Below are positions 34,178 to 38,373 of a stretch of 38,373 nt of DNA, piece by piece (within the stretch, counting starts at the first letter, position 1; every line of letters starts with the position of its first letter). The notes under the pieces were generated by a model. That model saw only the letters and a program-made list of their open reading frames with translations, searched no databases and was not told the origin of the DNA. A program made the position numbers and the translations under genes. Source of the stretch: an uncultured Bacteroidales bacterium (GTDB lineage: Bacteria > Bacteroidota > Bacteroidia > Bacteroidales > UBA4181); the NCBI GenBank assembly GCA_964451605.1, contig CAYVJA010000003.1, positions 8,156 through 46,528 on the forward strand, read 5' to 3'.

Positions 34178-36247
34178 TTACACTTCTGTCGAGCGGGTTA
34201 CGGGTTTTGCTCTTTTCGATCCGGTACGGAGCGGAACCGCTATCAGCAGCCATGCAATGATAGCCAGCATCAGCAGACTGAGCGTTACGGGAGGTGCCTT
34301 AAAGAAGGTAAAGAGATCGTAGAGGAAGATGTTCCCTGCGGCGAAGATTGCAATGACCAGGCCCATAAGCGCCTCGCCAGCAATCAGCCCCGATGAGAGC
34401 AGAATACCCACATTTTCCATCCGAACTTTGGCCTCTTCGCCAAAATTCCTCTTTCCGGCAGCCATATCGGCCAAACCTTTCACCAATCCGCCTAAAAAGA
34501 TGGCAAAAGTGGTCTCGAGGGGGAGATACATCCCTACACAAATCAGCATAGGGCTTTTTACCTGCATCAGAATCAGCGCGGCGCCCATCAGCATACCGCC
34601 AATAATCAGCGGCCAGGCCATGGCTCCCTCAACAATCCCTTTCGACATAATCGACATCAGGCTGGCTTGCGGTGCCGAAAGCTCTTTGCTGCCGAATCCG
34701 CCCTGGTAACCCTCTTTCAGCCCTTTGGCGATATCACCCTCGTTCAGGTAAACCAGCACGCCAAACATCACCGTAGAGGCAATCACCACACCTATCAGGT
34801 CGCCCAGCTGCATACGCCAGGGAGTTCCCCCCAGGATATGTCCCGCCTTAAGATCCTGCAACATTTCCCCGGCCACTGCGGCCGATACGCAAACAATGGC
34901 AGCTACCCCCAGGACCGTGGCCACACCTTCAATTCCCCGGGCGCCAAGGCCTACCATAATCAGGGCAGTAACCACCAGCGCAGTAAGGGTTAAGCCGCTG
35001 ATAGGGTTATTGCTCGAACCCATAATCCCCACCAGATAGCCCGATACCGCTGCGAAAAAGAAAGCAAGCAGCGTAAGTACAACGGCAGCAGTAACTGCCG
35101 ATATCACTGAGGTGCCAAAAATATACCAGGCAATAAAAAAGGTAAGCAGACCTACGCCAAACACACCGGCCATCACCCAGGTAAAGGGGAGATCCTTTTC
35201 GGTACGCTCCACCACCCTTTCCGATCCTGCAGTGGCCTTTTTTACATCATTAACCGAACGTCGAATTCCTTCGCTAAGACTCTTTCGCATTTTAAAGAGT
35301 GTGAGCGCGGCACTCACCAACATACCTCCGATAGCAATAGGCCGCACCACAAATTTCCAAACAGAGTACGACTGTTGTGTCCAGGCCTTTTCCGCAGCTT
35401 CGGCAGCTCCGAGCGAGGGATCGGCGGCCATCATCGCCGCCTGCATTGCCTCTATATTGAGCGAAGGCCCCCTAAAATAGAGAATCCTGGGCACTAAAAG
35501 GCCCCATGCCAGCACTCCGCCGCTAAAGTTGAGCGAAGCCAGCTTCGGACCGATAATATAGCCCACACCCATATAGGCAGGGCTGATACCGGGCGAACCC
35601 ACCAGCATTCCCCCTTCGCCTGTGAAACCGGAACCGGCAATGGCCTTCTTCCCGAAGAGCACAAATTTCTCCCAATAGGTGGCAAAAAAGCGAAGTTCGC
35701 CCAATAGTTTAATCAGCGCGCCCAAACCCATAGCCACAAAGAGATGTTTCGAACTCCCCTTGCTTTTTTGTCCCGCCTTATGAATCTCGGCGGCTGCTAC
35801 CGATTCGGGGTAGGGAAGCTCCTTATCTTCTACCATCACCTTACGCAGAAGGGCAACAAACATAATGCCCAACACACCCCCTGCAATCAAAATCAACGTG
35901 GAGGTAACATAATTTCCCGGTGTGAAAAAGGGATTCCAGATGCCTGCAATAAAAAAGGCGGGGAGCGTGAAGATAGCCCCGGCTGCCACCGATTCGCCAA
36001 TCGAGCCAATGGTACGGGCCATATTCTCCTCCAAAATGTTCCCCTTTAACAGCTTAATCACTGCCATTCCGATTACCGCGGCCGGATAGGTTGCAGCAAT
36101 GGTCATACCTGCTTTTAAGCCCAGGTACGCATTGGCTGCTCCCAGTACTACCGCAAGTACCAGCCCTACCAGCACTGCTTTAAGGGTAAACTCCGGCCAA
36201 TCTTTTCCGGATCCGGGGCTCTTTTTCAAAGGAGTAGTTTCTGCCAT
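34178..36247 (-). CDS. OPT family oligopeptide transporter
   Basis: ANAYLGLKAG, NILEEN, GAIFTLPA, LPYPESVA, GSSNNPISG, LQDLKAG, APQA.LM and SGLIAGEALMG. Confidence 0.93.
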   Translation of the reverse strand: MAETTPLKKSPGSGKDWPEFTLKAVLVGLVLAVVLGAANAYLGLKAGMTIAATYPAAVIGMAVIKLLKGNILEENMARTIGSIGESVAAGAIFTLPAFFIAGIWNPFFTPGNYVTSTLILIAGGVLGIMFVALLRKVMVEDKELPYPESVAAAEIHKAGQKSKGSSKHLFVAMGLGALIKLLGELRFFATYWEKFVLFGKKAIAGSGFTGEGGMLVGSPGISPAYMGVGYIIGPKLASLNFSGGVLAWGLLVPRILYFRGPSLNIEAMQAAMMAADPSLGAAEAAEKAWTQQSYSVWKFVVRPIAIGGMLVSAALTLFKMRKSLSEGIRRSVNDVKKATAGSERVVERTEKDLPFTWVMAGVFGVGLLTFFIAWYIFGTSVISAVTAAVVLTLLAFFFAAVSGYLVGIMGSSNNPISGLTLTALVVTALIMVGLGARGIEGVATVLGVAAIVCVSAAVAGEMLQDLKAGHILGGTPWRMQLGDLIGVVIASTVMFGVLVYLNEGDIAKGLKEGYQGGFGSKELSAPQASLMSIMSKGIVEGAMAWPLIIGGMLMGAALILMQVKSPMLICVGMYLPLETTFAIFLGGLVKGLADMAAGKRNFGEEAKVRMENVGILLSSGLIAGEALMGLVIAIFAAGNIFLYDLFTFFKAPPVTLSLLMLAIIAWLLIAVPLRTGSKRAKPVTRSTEV

Positions 36248-36292
36248 AATGAGAGAGTTTTAGCAATTTCCCGGTAAAAGTACATTTTTTTT

Positions 36293-36300
36293 TACCTTTG
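36293..36300 (+). promoter_or_regulatory. -7 promoter element (TACCTTTG) for the lipoprotein and ettA
   Basis: Exact TAnnTTTG at the end of a T9 run, 26 nt upstream of ATG 36327. Confidence 0.6.
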
Positions 36301-36326
36301 TGGCCGTCTCTAAATCCCTTTCCGAT

Positions 36327-37100
36327 ATGGCTATTTTTCGGCGGCTTCTTCTCTATTGTGCTGCAACCTGCATTTTCCTACAGGCCTGCGGGCCGGGGTA
36401 TACCCCAATGGAGTTCGAAACGCTCACTTTGAAGCGAAACAGTTCGGAATTAGACGGCGATACCCTTGCATCGCTCTCTCTGCACTTCTCCCTGCCCGTA
36501 GTGAAGGGGGAGGTGCCCCTGCGCGACTCCTTGCTGGCTTTCTACAAATCGTTCTATGCCGACTCTCTGACTCATCCCCTCGACATCTCGCTCGATTCTG
36601 TATCACGCGCTCTCATGACAGACTATATCTTCCTGAAGCAGAACGATACCACCGAAACCTCCTATCGCTATTGGAGCTACACATTCGGAGGGCGCATAGT
36701 CTTCGAGAACCGAAAGGTGATTACCGCCGAAGCCTCGGTGGTCGCCGCCGAAGCGCTGATGCAGGCCACCGACCTCTACTCTTTGGCTGTTTTCAACAAA
36801 ACCACCGGCCAACGCATCGACTACCGGCAATTGGTAGCAGACGAAGTTCAGCTGCTTGAGATTGCCGAACGGGCCTTCCGTTCCGAATACGGACTGGGTA
36901 AGAACGACCCTTTTTCGGATGCGGGCTTCTTTTTTCGTCAAAACCGCTTTTTCCTTCCCCGCAACTTCACCTTTGCCGAAAATTCCATTCTCTTCCTTTA
37001 CAACCGTTTCGAGATTGCCCCGCGGGGCAGAGGACAGGTGGTTCTGAAACTCCCTATCGACAAAGTGAAGAAGTGTCTTAACCTGGACCTGGTTCGATAA
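36327..37100 (+). CDS. DUF3298/RsiV-like lipoprotein
   Basis: Signal peptide with lipobox LQAC; FNKTTGQRI and C-terminal LPRNF....ILFLYNRFEIAP..RG resemble DUF3298. Confidence 0.65.
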   Translation: MAIFRRLLLYCAATCIFLQACGPGYTPMEFETLTLKRNSSELDGDTLASLSLHFSLPVVKGEVPLRDSLLAFYKSFYADSLTHPLDISLDSVSRALMTDYIFLKQNDTTETSYRYWSYTFGGRIVFENRKVITAEASVVAAEALMQATDLYSLAVFNKTTGQRIDYRQLVADEVQLLEIAERAFRSEYGLGKNDPFSDAGFFFRQNRFFLPRNFTFAENSILFLYNRFEIAPRGRGQVVLKLPIDKVKKCLNLDLVR

Positions 37101-37164
37101 TGCCGGGCATTGCCCCCTCTTAATCACCCTCCCCTTTCTCTTTTCCCTCTCTCAAATCCGAACA

Positions 37165-38373
<1,209 letters not shown>

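Noticed and set aside
35471-35488. Possible AGG-to-Met codon reassignment
   Set aside because: AGG encodes conserved arginines elsewhere in the window (dnaG GRVVGFGGR and ASIRGID), so the standard code applies
36285-36293. T9 run adjoining a -7 box as a phase-variation switch
   Set aside because: The tract is short, T-rich spacers are common in these promoters, and one sequence cannot show length variation

Overview
Gene-dense core-chromosome segment from a Bacteroidota bacterium, most likely an anaerobic Bacteroidales. Evidence for the assignment: TAnnTTTG -7 promoter boxes, no obvious Shine-Dalgarno sites, fused LpxC-FabZ and Bacteroidota-type ParC/ParE. Genes in order: anaerobic sulfatase maturase, dnaG, Ig-like lipoprotein, tsaB, DUF3108-like protein, aroK, parC, parE, birA, rsfS-ftsH-cdsA-psd, a GldF-GldG fusion, HD phosphohydrolase-lpxD-lpxC/fabZ-lpxA-tatA-LolD-like ATPase, type B L31, glgB, a minus-strand TPR-comA-dedA-aroE-prc run, an OPT transporter, a DUF3298/RsiV-like lipoprotein and a partial ettA. 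I saw no rRNA, tRNA, CRISPR array, transposase or integrase. Most interesting: (1) a 43-aa lipoprotein ORF with a CxC motif, below the ORF-track cutoff, 8 nt downstream of prc; (2) a beta-clamp-binding-like motif (QMELF) ending the acidic tail of ParC; (3) comA inside an envelope-related operon; (4) the GldF-GldG fusion; (5) loss of ettA homology in the last ~30 nt; (6) an ~8-aa in-frame deletion in the maturase and several substitutions at usually conserved residues, which could be real or assembly errors. All family calls come from motif recognition; no searches were run.
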